A DNA stretch of 64,000 nucleotides from Chrysomallon squamiferum. Taxonomy: Eukaryota; Animalia; Mollusca. Location of the stretch: NCBI GenBank assembly GCA_012295275.1, contig CM022670.1:24986001-25050000 (forward strand), given 5' to 3'. A program made the position numbers and the translations under genes. Shown here piece after piece: positions 1-34,147 of the stretch; positions within the stretch are counted from its first letter, which is position 1, and the number at the start of each line of letters is the position of its first letter. The notes beneath the pieces are model-generated. The model was not told the DNA's origin and did no database searches. It saw only the letters and a program-made list of their open reading frames with translations.

Positions 1-842
1 TATAGTTCTTACTGGATGCGACAAGTGTACGTGAATGTTGTGTGATAAAGTGCGACTTGTACTAACGACTCGTAAAGTTATTCACAGCAACTTATAAATT
101 GTGTATGGGAGGGGTCTTCACCTCTGAGGTGATTCATGTTCAGCTTTACATGACGTATTATTTGTTACCGTGTGTGTCGTTCTTTCTGTGGAGGTCTGTG
201 TGCACATGCGCGTATGTTTTAAATCCAATTTCAAGGTTTCTTACAGTAAGTCGCAAAGAAACTGTTATCGCAAGTCGACCATTGGTAACGCGCCTTTAGC
301 GTGCTAGACGACGCAATGTACGTACAGCTTGGCGAGTAAATCTTGTTTAACGGCTAACAAGTAATTTGAGATGATTTGTTTGAAGTGATCATCATATCTC
401 GTTGATTGCCCATCGATCTGAGAGTGAAACCAATGTCCATTGTTTACACTTGACCGCCATGGGTGCGCTGGATCAACAATCAGTGAAACGTTTATTGAAA
501 TTAAACCTTTTCTTTCACTCCTATTTGATTACCGCAAGACACGTTTCTTCGGTTTCTGGTAGTTTGTTTTAGATATACAGCCCCGCAGTTACAGTCGGCT
601 TGACACTGCACCTCGGCTAATGTAGACCACAGAACAATGTTGTTACCACTCTGTCTGTCTGTCTGTCTCTCTCTGTCTCATTTTCTCTTTCTTTCAAACA
701 AATAGTTACATCCATATCTTGTAGAACTGCATAACGATATAAAGAACGGGCTAATTAAAAGGAATATTGTTTTATTTTATTTTCTTTCTATCTCCTTCGC
801 TCATTTCGTCGCTAACTCTTTCTCTCTCTGTATGTCGCTATC

Positions 843-846
<4 letters not shown>

Positions 847-916
<70 letters not shown>
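847..916. repeat. (TC)n microsatellite
   Basis: Perfect dinucleotide run. Confidence 0.98.
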
Positions 917-919
<3 letters not shown>

Positions 920-1418
920 CTCTCTCTCTCATGTTTGCCTGGACGTACAAGACTACAATTATATGCTTGTCTCTGAATCTAATTTTACGCTACTTTTCCC
1001 GTGTTTTTATGATGAAATACGGAGCAAAAAAATTTAATCTAATCTCTCTTTTGAAAAAGGAAGATGAAAACGTAACTTTTTGTCTTGAGGGCACAACCGT
1101 TGTACGCTATCGAGTTCTGCACGACCGTGATTTTGAAAATCAGATTTAACGGTAAACTGTTGCCTGGTGATTCAGTGCAATCTGAGAGGTTTGTACTATG
1201 ACAAAACACTTTGTCAGGTTTCTCATTTCATTATTCATTTGAAGAGTAAATACATGCATGTTCTGTTACAAGATATTCTGTCTCTTACATGAATATATGT
1301 CATTCTATCTTGTTCTAATGTAATTTACTTTTATATACAAGTGTTTATTAGTATATGTTTTTTTGTTTTTGTTTTACATATACATACATTACTATGTACG
1401 TGTATGTGGTTGTGGAGA

Positions 1419-1434
1419 AGAGAGAGAGAGAGAG

Positions 1435-1481
<47 letters not shown>

Positions 1482-1486
1482 TGTGT
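1419..1486. repeat. (GA)n(TG)n compound microsatellite
   Basis: Seen directly. Confidence 0.95.
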
Positions 1487-2260
1487 ATAAAGATAGTCTA
1501 ATAACAGCTGAGCTACAAGTAGCTTTAAAATAATTATATATGTTTTAACATATTGTACTTAAAAGAAATTTAATTTAAAATATCATTCACATAAACAAAA
1601 CCTTTGGCAATGTAATAAAATGATCATGAGTTTTAGTTTTTAATATAATTTTAATAACATGAATTCATCAAAGTGAGTTCAAAACATTTTGAGTAAAATA
1701 AAAAAATAAAATTTAAAAATTTAAAAATTTACAAGAAAGAACAAAAGTGTTTATAACATAATCTCTTGGTACCTTTTCTCCACAACCATCATTTAACACT
1801 TGTACATTATTTAACTAAACGGTGGCATTCTTCTTTTTTTTTTTTTTTTTTTTTTGTCTGTCTATGTCACCGATCGTGTGCTGAATATTTTTATGCCTAA
1901 GACGCTAATGTCTAAATGATTCTGCGTATTTCGAGTTCTGACAAGTTCTTCAGAACCAAAGCACAAGAGACCGTCATCAGGATCATGTTTCTAATTAGAT
2001 TTACAGCAGGCTGACGTTGCATGACACGGCAAACAAACACTTAGGAGTGGATGCGTCAAAAACAATCAGCAAATTCTCTTACCAGTTCGCCCTGTCTAAA
2101 AGCATGTCATTGCTCTAGCATTGTAGCGAGTAATTTGCTAATGTGTTACGTTTTAGGCTTTCCTTTTCGCTCTGTATCCCGCGCTATTCAGTTAAATGTT
2201 TAGCTTTAGAAACGGTTAATCAGCGTATAGTTTGTAATAATTGTAGAAGTTAGACATTAA

Positions 2261-2261
<1 letters not shown>

Positions 2262-2303
<42 letters not shown>

Positions 2304-2340
2304 AATAATAATAAAAAAGAAGAAGAAGAAGAAGAAGAAG
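2262..2340. repeat. (AAC)n(AAT)n(GAA)n compound microsatellite
   Basis: Seen directly; similar tracts at about 3000-3110, 4282-4390 and 6824-6879. Confidence 0.95.
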
Positions 2341-3483
2341 TAAAAGAAAAGAGGAGGAAAAGGAGGAAAATGACAGCAGCAACACCCACAGCAACCCCGT
2401 AACAACAGAGGCACTTAAGTAAATATATATCCATTACAAACCATCCTTAAATACATACCAGACAATCCAAGAGATCCCCGTCGACTACAGCATAAGAATT
2501 GCTCATTTGCGTCTTCGCATCATTAGTGCGGATAAATAACTACATTTTGAATGCGCCTGGCTGTCAAAATAAACACCTAGTTGACGAGAAATTCTGACCA
2601 GAGGGTGAGCATTAATTAATTCATAGGTTTCAGTATGCAGAATGAATCGACAGTGGGGAAAAAGAAGACACAGAGATGAACAGAATGCTCTGTAATGTTA
2701 ATGGTTCCCATCGGCTTGTGGATGTTTGCCGATGGTTTGTCGCGAGATGGGATAATCCTGTAGAGGGGTCAAAGAGTGCCTTGCCTTTCAGAAAGACGTC
2801 TTACTGCGTCGATTTCCAGTCTGTGTCATTGATACGTACAACATGGTTATTACTTCTCACTCCGAGTCGGGTCAAGTGTGGTCCATCAATCTCTGTTCCA
2901 ATTACAGGCGAATCTCGGTCTTCTCTTAATTATTACGCGTCATAGAAAAAAATGCAGACATGTATGTGCTGTGTGTTGTGGCAACATTAGGAATATAAGC
3001 AATAACAACAGCAGCAGCAGCTGCAGCAGCAACAACAACAAAACAACAGTAATAATAATAAAAAGAAGAAGAAGAAGAAGAAGAAGAAGAAGAAGAAAGA
3101 AAGAAAGAAGTAGTAGGAGTAGTAGAACAACAAAAAAGCAACAAAATATTTGTTTTATTTTATTTTATATTATTTATTTATTTATTAGGCTTTAAGTTCA
3201 ATTTTTTGTTTTGAATTCTTGTGTTGCTCTTACTTGCACTTTTCTTTTCTGGTTAGACGTTTTCTTTAGATTAAAGAGTTAATGAAACATTCTCATTAAT
3301 TGTATATGCACACGTTTCTGTCTGACTTCGAAAAACAGTTCTGAAGGTAACACATACACAGACACATAACAAACACAGACACAAACATAAAAACACACAC
3401 TCAAATCCAGACATAAACATAGACTCAGATACAATAATAATTTAGAAACAAGGAAGTGATTGTTATGAATTTCATTAATGATT

Positions 3484-3489
3484 TTTATT
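3484..3489 (-). terminator. Candidate polyadenylation signal (AATAAA) of the GABA-R-like gene
   Basis: tttatt on the plus strand, followed on the minus strand by a GT-rich tract (about 3350-3430). Other AATAAA copies lie nearby. Confidence 0.3.
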
Positions 3490-3962
3490 TATGTGTACAA
3501 ATCATTCCAAAATAAACAAATTTAACAAAGTAGGTCATTCTAAGTCATTAAGTTATAATTTTAAACTATTTTTCTCTATTTTATTATAATAAAAGAAGTA
3601 ATGGCGAAATGTGATATGAAATTAGAATTTAATAGAAAATAAACTATTTGTAAACGATGAAAGTAATAAAAATGTAAACTATATATAGGTTTTATTAAAA
3701 CAGGTTCTCAGTGTGTGTTTTTTTTACTTATTTATTTTCCTGTACCGGTTAGAAAAATAAATGTCGACGATTACCTAAAGAAGTATTTATTCATCCATTT
3801 ATTTCACATAGCAAATGTTATTTTTATTTATTTATTGATTTTATCAGTTTTCAACTTATCGTCCACATACGGCATACAATCCTTGAATGATTTACTCTCA
3901 CTGTGAACAGATCGTCCATACAAGCAGAATCCGGGCAACAACCAAAGAACAACCAAGGCTTG

Positions 3963-23495
<19,533 letters not shown>

Positions 23496-26321
23496 TTGAA
23501 ATCTGAAAATAATAATAAAAAAAGACTTAAGCAGAACATTTATTTTGTTTCTTAATACACCAAGTCCACTGACGAACTGTATATAAATAACATTAAAGAG
23601 TCCAGTTACAACAAATAAAATTTAAGATCCAGGACTGTGTCTACAATATATATTTGTTCTTTTATTAAATTTATAAGACCAGAAATTACTTTCTTTCAAA
23701 TACTCGTTGTTTTGTTGAGAAACCAAAATATGAGTGGACAGACATCGCGTGCAAAAAACTGTTTCGTCTTCTTTTCTTTCTCTCACCGTTTTTTTATTTT
23801 AAACTTCTTATTTTCGTGTTAGTACGGCTAAGAGCACAGCTGGTGAAATAAATAATTGGACCTAAAGTTAGGATTATAACTGAGTGCGACATTAACAGCA
23901 GGAGAGTTGTAAAGTGGGTCTCATCCCACAGTTCATTCAGTGGATGAAAAGCATAATGGTTCAGGAAAAAATATAACAGTTTCGAAAAAAATAATAATAA
24001 AAAAAATGTCTTTAATTTAAAAATACTGTGAATGAGCTTTTTGTCACACAAGCTAAATTAAATAAAATGGACAGCTGTTGACTGGTTACTGTATAACTCT
24101 GTATTTTTAGAACTGAATTTATTAAACTGAAGACATTTAAAATATATAGGAAGAAGAGAAATTAATTTAATGTACTTTTCAGTAATTTTTGTTTATCTGT
24201 TATTAAGCATCATCACCACTATTTAAAATTATATGAATGGTTTTAAATTTCTGAATTTCCATTTGTTTGAAATTATTTTAGATATTTTGTTAGATAGGTT
24301 TTGAAAAAGATTGCTAATTTCTCAAAACTCTAAAAGGTATTATATATATAATACATATTAAACATTTTTCATAATTTATAAGAAGAAGATGAAGAAGAAA
24401 AAAAAAAAAAGAAAGTAATGGTAATAAAATAAATAAATAAAGAAAGAGTAATAATAGTAGTAGAAAATAAAAGAAAAGATTGAAAAAAAATCGCTAAAGG
24501 ATATGTATATATTACTACTTCCACAAAGTGTTGACATTTCCCCATTTAACGGTATTTCTTCAACTTTGACAGTAATGAAATGACATAACAATAATCGTGT
24601 CATTAAAAGCGACATCTTCAGTCTAAAAATATGCTTCATCTAGATCAGCCGCTGTAGCTAATGAATGCACGTCAAATACACGGATCTGATCATTTAGATT
24701 TAAACCGATTGGCAAGCATGTCTTAGCCGAATGGCAAGCATGTATTTAGCATCTACATTTTTTTAAGAGATGTCTGAAAGATTGATGACTTCGCACAAAA
24801 TAGATATCAGGTCTTTTTTCCAATGTATGGGAATTTAATTGATGTTTGCCTCGCGTTATTACACGCTGTTAAGTCAGTGGCAGATTATAAAAGCCTTCGT
24901 TGCACCGTTCGTACAGTAATGGTGGAAGGAGAAATTCAAATGAAGCCAGACTATTGCTAACTTATGTCTGCCCTCCAGATTCAGATGATAATTAAAACAC
25001 ACACATCCTGTGTGATCTTCAGATGAGATCGTGCTATTTTTTTTTTTAAATTATATTAAATAAAATTGCATTCGTAATCCAATTTTCAGTCTCGGGTTCC
25101 TAAATTTTTAAAAGTGAGAAAGTAAAAAGTATCGCATGGATATTTTCTATAATGTTTTAAAACATTCGAAACATTAATATTTTTCTTTCTTCTTCATCTT
25201 TTTTTTCGTTTTTAATTTCTTTTCTTACTTTTTTTTAACCTCTTTTTTTCATCGTCTTTTTTTTTTTTTCTTTCTTTTTTTTTTTTTTTTTTCATTTTAG
25301 TATATGATAATTTACAGATATCAGTTTGAAGAACACATAGTAAAATCCTTTTAAAGGCTTCAGGGTTATCAGAGGGAGGCAGGAACCAATGTCACTGAAC
25401 TTGATATAGCCAAACTTCCTCCCTGTCAGAAAAACATAATTACTGCGACAAAAATAAGGTGTACTTTGGAAATTAAAAAAAAAAAAAAAAAAAAAAAATT
25501 AGAAGTTAAAGAAAAGCAGAACATAATGAAACGAAATGAAAAAAAAAAAAAAAAAAAAGAAGAAAAAAAAGAAAAAGAAGAAGATAGAGAAAGGAAAAGA
25601 CAATAAATAGGTAAGGTGCCTCATTTGTATTTATACAAGTTTATAACGTATTACAAATAGAAGATCATCTACTACTACTGCTACTGTTACTGCTACAACC
25701 ACAACTGCTGCTGCTGTTAATATTACTATTACTACAACTATTTCTATTACTGTGCTACTGCTACTATTTCTACTAATATTACTGCTATTACTGTAGCAAC
25801 TTTTGAAGCTGCTACCACTGCTACTGCTACTACTGCCACTATTAGTAGTATTATTGTTTTTGTTGCTGTTGCTGTGGCTGTTGTTGCCATTACTCTACTA
25901 CAACTAAAAAATAAATACAATCGTCATAACTACGAGTACAGCTACTGTTGCTGCTCCTATTACAATAGCAGCTGCTGCTATTGCTGTTGCTTCTTTTACT
26001 ATTTCTAAAGTTGATTCTTCTCTTACTATTGCTATTACAGCAAAAAATAAGGACAGTGTTGTTGCTACTACTATTACATATGCTGCTATCACTATTACTA
26101 TTGAAACTAAAGTAATAAGTCTTCAGGTATAATGCTATGCAATAAATATTTCATTTCTAACATTTGTATGCTACAACCACTCTTATTAATACCACATTAC
26201 CATTTCTTTGTAACCATTATTAGATTTATACAACACAATTAATTTATCATATGATTTGAAAACATATTTTCATATATTTTAGATATTTAATTTTATTATT
26301 CTGCTGTGTGGAAACTATCTA

Positions 26322-26436
<115 letters not shown>

Positions 26437-26680
26437 CAATGTGCGTTTGTGATAATGTGATATAATGCATTACTCTGTTGTGCTTTTTCTCTCAAAACTG
26501 TATAGCTGGGGGTTTTCTTCTAATACAAGAAAACAATAACTACAGCTGCAACAAGTCTTAATTTTTTTATATGACAGTATTATTATTATTATACTGTTTA
26601 CAAAACTAAGCTGTTATTAATGCTGCAACCGTTATTGATATTGTTAGAAGTACTGTTATAACAATCCAACATTCGGGTCT

Positions 26681-26685
26681 TATAT

Positions 26686-26720
<35 letters not shown>

Positions 26721-26903
26721 AAATAAAAATAAAAAAAAACAAAAAACGAAAAGAAATGAGAAACGCCACTTGTGTGTATATATATATATGTATGTATGTA
26801 TGTATGTATATATATATATATATATACACAGACATATATATATACACACACATACACACACACATACATATATATATATACACACACACACACACATACA
26901 TAC

Positions 26904-26966
<63 letters not shown>

Positions 26967-26981
26967 CACATACACACACAC

Positions 26982-27018
<37 letters not shown>
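26681..27018. repeat. (TA)n/(CA)n alternating low-complexity tract
   Basis: Seen directly; source of several spurious ORFs. Confidence 0.93.
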
Positions 27019-27023
<5 letters not shown>

Positions 27024-27422
27024 TTGCTTTGTTTTTAAAAGTGACGTTTCTCATTTCTTTTCGTTATTTGTATTTTACAATTTTATTTTATTTTATTTTA
27101 TTTTATTTTGTCTGTCTCTCTGTATATTCCATTTTTTATATCCGTACTTAGATCGTTTACTTTTCTTATAGTGAAAGGTAACTGCTGGTTATGCTGTCGC
27201 TAGATTTTAATTCACTATCAACAATCTAAATAATTCTGATAAACTTCTAACAAACATTTTATAAAACACAAAACAGATTTTTAAATAAAATTTCTTTAAA
27301 AAATGTTTTTTTTTTAAATTAAATGTTAAAATTAAAAATAAATAATAATAAATAATAATAATAACAACAACAATAATAATAATAATAATAACAATAATTA
27401 TAAAAGTTTTTAAATGACTCAC

Positions 27423-27860
27423 CAATTATTCCTTAACTTGAAATATTCATATAAATAGTACAACATTGATCAAAACGTGAATCCTCGCTAGTGACAAGAC
27501 TTTCTGTCAAAAACAACATTTCTCGCGATTGGCCCTATCCATTATTTCCATGTAAGGAATCGCTTTCATAGACTGGAGCCATCTTCAAGTTGCGCCACAT
27601 AGTTATGGCGGCTTCCAGTTGCGATCGATTAGCCCCCAGTCCTTTTGAAGGGTGAAGCCACATCATTTTAAAGAGGCAGGAACAAGGTTGCTGTCTTTTG
27701 GTTCGCGCGGCTGGAAATTAATTACTGGCGCTTAGCGATAGTTAGGTTTGCAATCAAAGCTTCAGATAAATGTTGAGTCAATTTTCCTTTGCGATTTATC
27801 TTTCACTCGAGTCTTCATCGATGACGGTAAAACACCAATCTGTTTCTCACAGATGTAAAC
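27423..27860 (-). promoter_or_regulatory. Candidate 5'-UTR exon and promoter region of the GABA-R-like gene
   Basis: Strong donor TTG|gtgagt at 27422. Locally GC/CpG-richer island with ATTGG (CCAAT), GCCAT/ATGGCGG (YY1-like) and TCTCGCGA words. Splicing to 23502 places an in-frame TGA before the ATG. Upstream edge is approximate. Confidence 0.4.
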
Positions 27861-29142
27861 TCTGAAGAATACACAAAAATTAAATTATTACTGTCAGATT
27901 TGAATTTTTTTTTTCTTCTCGTTTTTATTCATTTACATGGATAAACGATTTGAAATAAATATTAGTAATAGTAGTAGCAGTAGTAGTGGCAGTAGTAATA
28001 GTAGTAGTAGTTTTTGTTTTGTTTTATTTTAATCTTATTTATTTAAGTGGAATACTTGATGGGCAGGTTAAATCTGAATTTTTTTGTAATATGGCGATCG
28101 TTAAAATTGTGTGTGTGTGTGGTATTTAAATAAAATTATATATTAAGAGCTATTTTTAAAACTATATATTTGCATGCACTGAAAGGCTAGAACAAAATGG
28201 TTTAATATTTCTAAAATTCTAGGGGGTTGTAAGTTATGATTATGTTTATGTAAATTCATTACAAACAATTGAAAAATTATATTATTTAAATAAATGTTTT
28301 TTAAAAATGCAATAATTTAAAATAATGTTAAAAAAATGTATTTATTTATTTATTTTTTCATTTACTTATTTATTTATTTTATTTTATTTTATTTTATTTT
28401 ATTTTTTATTTTATTTTATTTTAAAATGATTTGCTCTTTAGCATTTAGCTGGAAATAAATACATTTAAAAATATAATGTAAATAAATATATTGACATATA
28501 ATATATAGAATCATGCATACATACATACATACATAGTGCATTTGATAGATAATATTAAAAACTGATAGAGTTATAAGAACATCTTTGCTAATTATTTATT
28601 TATTTATTTATGCATACAAAAGTCCATTAATCGTAGGAAATACAGACGTTACTGAGAAAAGGAGTTAAAAAATATGCTATAAGTAAGATGAAATAAACTT
28701 TGGGATAATATAATCCTCAATTATCTCTATACAATCAATTAGTATCGATGTATATCTGATGTTTTGCAACTACAATAAACACTATTCTTGCTAACAATGT
28801 GTCTGTAGACTTGAGATAACTCTGCGAGTCTAACACGTAGTCTATTCGTAGTGGTGTCTCTGCTGGAAGAATGAACACATTTTCTCCTTTAACGTCGCGT
28901 GGGAGAAATGTGACTCGGTCACTCGAGTTTCTCATTCAAATTAATTTCCGGTAAATTTGAAATGCTTGCCTCTTCTGGCCCACTCAGTTTGTTACTCGTA
29001 ATCAAGGAGCAATTATCTACGTTTGAAATTAAAGCTTTATCTGTTACCATCAGCACTGAACGTGCACTCTCAACTTGTACTGAACTACGGGTTCAGGAAA
29101 TTTGGAAAGGTGTTGCAGCAAAAGTCCAGTGATTGGATGAAT

Positions 29143-29144
<2 letters not shown>

Positions 29145-29191
<47 letters not shown>

Positions 29192-29260
29192 TTGTGTTCA
29201 TTTAGATATACAGAAAGTTGAAGACTGATACAGAGAAACGCAATACTGATGAAGCCACGG

Positions 29261-29296
<36 letters not shown>

Positions 29297-29390
29297 AGCA
29301 CACAAACACACACACATCTGTGTTCATATACATATACAGAAAGACGAAGTCTGACACAGAGAAACGCAATACTGATCAAGCCCACGGCCC
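29145..29390. repeat. Tandem duplication of a (CA)n tract plus about 72 nt of unique sequence, 2 copies
   Basis: tgtgttcat...acagagaaacgcaatactgat.aagcc at about 29191-29262 and 29317-29390. Confidence 0.9.
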
Positions 29391-30310
29391 AATTTTGAAA
29401 TCCAGGAACCGCTTCAATTTAAAGTCTGTGAGAAATAATTGTATATATCGGCGCACGGCTCTCGTTTCACTTGCTGTGTCGATTTAGTCTATTCTCTTTT
29501 TTTTTTTTTTTTTTTCATTAGTCCGGTGCAAACGTTCCACAACGACAGGAATTAACAGGGCAGAAGCAGCAGCTTATTTCACTACTCTGAAACCATTATG
29601 TTACGTCTCGGTCCAAGTGTCAGAAAACTAGTCCTTTCCTCTCACTGATGCTCCGAGAAAAGTGATATCGATCCTAAAATTGTAGTCGTCGTTGTAAAGG
29701 CATTGCACATTAATATTTGACAGTAAATTTAAAGAAAAAGCTCACTAATTTTAGCGAGCTGTTGTAGAGTACAGTGTGTACTGACTGACTCAGTAAAAGA
29801 AATACCTGCCCTTTTTGGGATATATTTGTAAATAGGCGTGTTGAGGACGAGACTGATGATTGCTAATTTAAGTATTAACAGATAATAGTTTGTAGAGACA
29901 AACAGAACTAAAAATATCACACAGGCATGTATCTTTCATACTTGTATATATCTATACATATATACATAGATATATACACAGACATTCGTTCGTAGTACAT
30001 TCGTACATACATACGTACACACACATTCATACATACATACATTACATACATACGTACATATATACATTTATACAAAAAAGACATACATACACATACAGAT
30101 GATAATGGCGATGGTTATGATGATGATAATTATACTAAATATAATATCTCGGACTAAATTTATAAAACTTACTTTAATTTATCCATATTGTAATATTTAT
30201 TAGACAGACCAGTGGATACTCCAGACATAAGCATTATATTAAATTTATTTTGGGTGATATAATATTACCGAAATTTAACGGGAATACAAACAACAACAAC
30301 AACAGAATAG

Positions 30311-30341
<31 letters not shown>

Positions 30342-30343
30342 AG

Positions 30344-30376
<33 letters not shown>

Positions 30377-32017
30377 AAGAAAAAATAAAAATAGGACAAG
30401 AAAAACGTTTAACATTTAGCCTTTAACTGCATTAAAATCTAAATGGTGCTATGTAAAGGCATGTTATTGTTAATATCACATAAATTTGAATATCCACAAT
30501 GGCGACAGTTTATTTCGACCATTGCTGAGTCTGTTAATCGTTAGCCTTTATTTATGACGTAAAAGTGTTGTTGACGTCATTATTTTATTTTAGGTTTCAT
30601 TTTGCAGCAAAATACGGGAAATGATGAAATATATTTAGAAGTGGATTTGAAACAATGGTATGAATAAATATATTATTATTGTTATTATTAGTAGTAATAG
30701 TATTAATATTAGTATTAGTATTAGTATTATTACTAGGTTTTTTTCTCTTGTTGTTTTTTGTTATTGTTGTTATTACTAAAATACACGTTGTCTCTAATCA
30801 TGTCCTTATTTATTTTATATTTTTAGTCACACAGAATGAATTACATTGCAAACATATATATAAACACACATACACATGGACACATACATACTCGTTCATG
30901 TTCATATATATACAGATCTACACATAAAAAACCATACATACACACATACCTATACTCACACACACATACATACTTACATAAAAAAACCACACACAAAATG
31001 TACTACTCTCCAAAAGTAGTTTCACAATATTCTGAAATATATTTTTCCTTTCCAAGTCCTTCTTAAAACCTGTTTTAAACTATTTATAGCAAAATTAAAT
31101 GTGTAAATAAAAAACAAGTCTGGTCCGCGTTGTAAAAGAAAATTATCTAAGTATATATTCTGGATGGAGTATCAGTGATACGATAATGGAATTGTAAGTG
31201 TCAGTGCTTTTATCGTTACTACGTTGAAAGACGAAATGATTAAGTTATGCGTTTTAAGCTCATCTCCATCGACACGATGTTGACGCAACAGGACGTTGCT
31301 ATGCACGTGAATGATGGGTTTATGTATTTACAGATATACCAGCATGTTATTCAACGCGTATATGCGCATGCATACGTATTGCTTATTACAGAAATATAAT
31401 CAGAAGGAATTAATAAAAGAAATAAAATTCAGTATGAAAAAAATTTGAAATCAGCTTACAGTTGTTTTGTAATTAACAATTCTTTTCGCATTCTTTAAAA
31501 TAAACTACAAAGTTGAATGTTCAAATACTAAAAACATTAAAATAATTAAATACAGCTTTACCTATATATTGTGTGCAAACAAAAATACATATAATCATAC
31601 ACACATAGACTCTGCGCTCACAAATTCATGTAAATGTAAAAGACTTCCCTTTTATAAATTACTTTGCACTAAATTCCCTTAATAATGCATGTCGATATAA
31701 AAGCATGTAACTTATATTCAATAAGATATGGAAGTTTCGGTTGCTTCCTTCACTTTTATGTTTGTTTTATGAATTTGTACACAGTGTCAATACGGATGTA
31801 TTCGATTACATGCATCCACCGTTTGACGAAAGAATATGACATCAATGCTTAATCTACAGGTTTTTTTAAGTATCGAATGTCTTTATGCCAAAGTGTGTGT
31901 CTTCCATCAGAAAATTAAGATATATTGATCTTAAAGTCGTCAGACGATATGAAGAAAATAAGCTAGAAGCTTTATAAAGATTTGCAAAATTGTTTGATCG
32001 CCTATGCTTTTATGAAA

Positions 32018-32021
<4 letters not shown>

Positions 32022-32086
<65 letters not shown>
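32022..32086. repeat. (TC)n microsatellite
   Basis: Seen directly. Confidence 0.97.
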
Positions 32087-32091
<5 letters not shown>

Positions 32092-33650
32092 CTTTATTAT
32101 AACTGCCCGTCTGACGTTTGAGTAATAACTATTGCGTCTTGAACTATTATTTGATACTTGGAACATTTAAAAAAACATGTTGATAATTTTTCTCAACAAC
32201 AAATAATTATTATATTATACTAATTGTATCGGTGGTACAATAATCCGTGCATATTTCATCAAGATCACGGTATTAAACACAGTCTGTCTCATAAAAAATA
32301 ATTAACAATACAAAAACAAAAAACAAAATCCAACCAAACAAAACAACAACAACAACAATAATAAAATGATAATGGTAATGATAATGCTTTCATATTACAT
32401 AATTCCGCTAATCTTATTTCTAGAGAAATATGGTAGCCTCGTAGACTAAATGAAAAGTGCTTCACGACTTTTGCCCTTTTCATATTATTATCAAACAGTT
32501 TGCATTCAGATGTATTATGTTTCACAGTTCCTTCAGTTTTTAATAGAATAACGATTTATACAATTAGAACAAATGGGGTTCAGTTTAGATTTCAAAGATA
32601 TTGATGGAGAACTTTGTTTTCGTCGCAAACTGTAGCCTTTTCAGTAGTAACCTAACCGTTGGGTATGGGTCAGACTCATTCTTCAGTTAGTTTTTCCCTG
32701 CTTGGATTAGCCGCCAACAAATGCAAAATTCCTTTTATTTTAATCAGAAAATGAATGATTTAGGTATTAGTTATAAAATTATCGGTGAACTAATGATAAT
32801 ATATCCAATTACAAGTTTTTACAAATCAACAAGATAAAATAAAAATCATTGATGCAATAATTATAAATACCTTTTAATATTAATGTGATGATACCTGTAT
32901 AAAATTTGAAGTTTAATATCGACAAGCTGTTTACATTTTTTTTTTTCACCCTACATCTCCTGTAAAAAGCAAATCGACCTCTCTTATGACGTAAAAGTAT
33001 TGTTAGAGTCATAAGTCTATTATTAACTTGTCGTAAATATACGCAAAAATGACTACCAATGTTCAAGTGAGGATTTCACAGTAACGTTCAACATTATAAA
33101 TTAAATCATTCAATTTATTAAAAAAATGTAATGTTAAAAAAAATCTTTGTTACATGAGATTATTACGTCATTAATTTATTTTGTTTCTACTCTGAAACTC
33201 CTAATGCATAGGACGGGTTTTAATTACAGTATTAATATTATTTGTAATAATGTTACAACAATCGTAATTTTTTGGTAACGAATAAAAACAACAACAACAA
33301 AAACACAATCGTTTTGACCAGGTTTCTGTTACCTGAACTTGATACATGTACATGTTTGCATTATTACGATTGTGGAATTGTTTCTCTAAAATCTGACAAT
33401 ACGATATGAATAAAATCACGTTGAAGTTGCTTTTAGAGCTGGCTGGAACGTAATTGATTTATAAGACTATAAGACTGCATTATTTTGTTTGACTTCGACA
33501 TGGCAAAGATTTTTCTATTTTATTTTATATGAATAATACGATATACTGTTAGTATTAATACTGCTAGTAACACTACTGTTGCTGCTGCTTCTGCCACTGC
33601 TATTTAAATAAAACTTAAATTATTTTTCAGAAAGAAGATAAATAATCAAA

Positions 33651-33890
33651 ATGTCCTCAGCACTCAGTGACCCTGTCACAATGTCCGATGACCACAGTGC
33701 TTTCACCAGGTCCGAAGAGTCAGGATATACACGTGTTAATGAGACAAGAAACAGACATTCAAGGACTCACTCGTCAGAGGAATCTCCACACCAGTATGAA
33801 CAGAATGAGAGCAGCTTTGAAAACAGCTGGGTCATGCTTCATTTATCGAAAAATCATATCGAGACTCATAGAATTTCAAATAACTACATG
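33651..33890 (+). CDS. Putative coding exon of an unidentified small gene (exon 33631-33890; 80 aa, Ser/Glu/His-rich)
   Basis: tttttcag| acceptor at 33630, caaaATG at 33651, ATG|gtaaat donor at 33891; non-repetitive, GC-richer than flanks. Downstream exons unresolved. Confidence 0.45.
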
Positions 33891-33970
33891 GTAAATTTAC
33901 TTCTCTATTTTCCTTCATTATTTATTTCATTTATTTATTTCACTTATCTCTTTCTTGTTTATATATAATT

Positions 33971-34005
<35 letters not shown>

Positions 34006-34112
34006 TTTCATGTATCTCTTTCTTGTTTATATATAATTTTATTTATTTATTTATTTATTTGGTTCTAAAAGGGAATAAATATAATTAAAAAAGATAATTA
34101 TTCTCATACCAT

Positions 34113-34147
<35 letters not shown>

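Noticed and set aside
452-575. Strong Kozak-like ccgccATGG followed by a short ORF
   Set aside because: Under 40 codons, no recognisable similarity and no supporting exon structure.
767-1149. ORFs with poly-SL tracts, and similar ER, TH, VC, YI, poly-L/I/N ORFs at 2.2, 2.9, 10.4, 11.1, 12.3, 15.3, 17.0, 18.4, 26.6-27.2, 29.0, 30.7 and 61.0 kb
   Set aside because: Translations of microsatellites, open only because the repeats lack stop codons.
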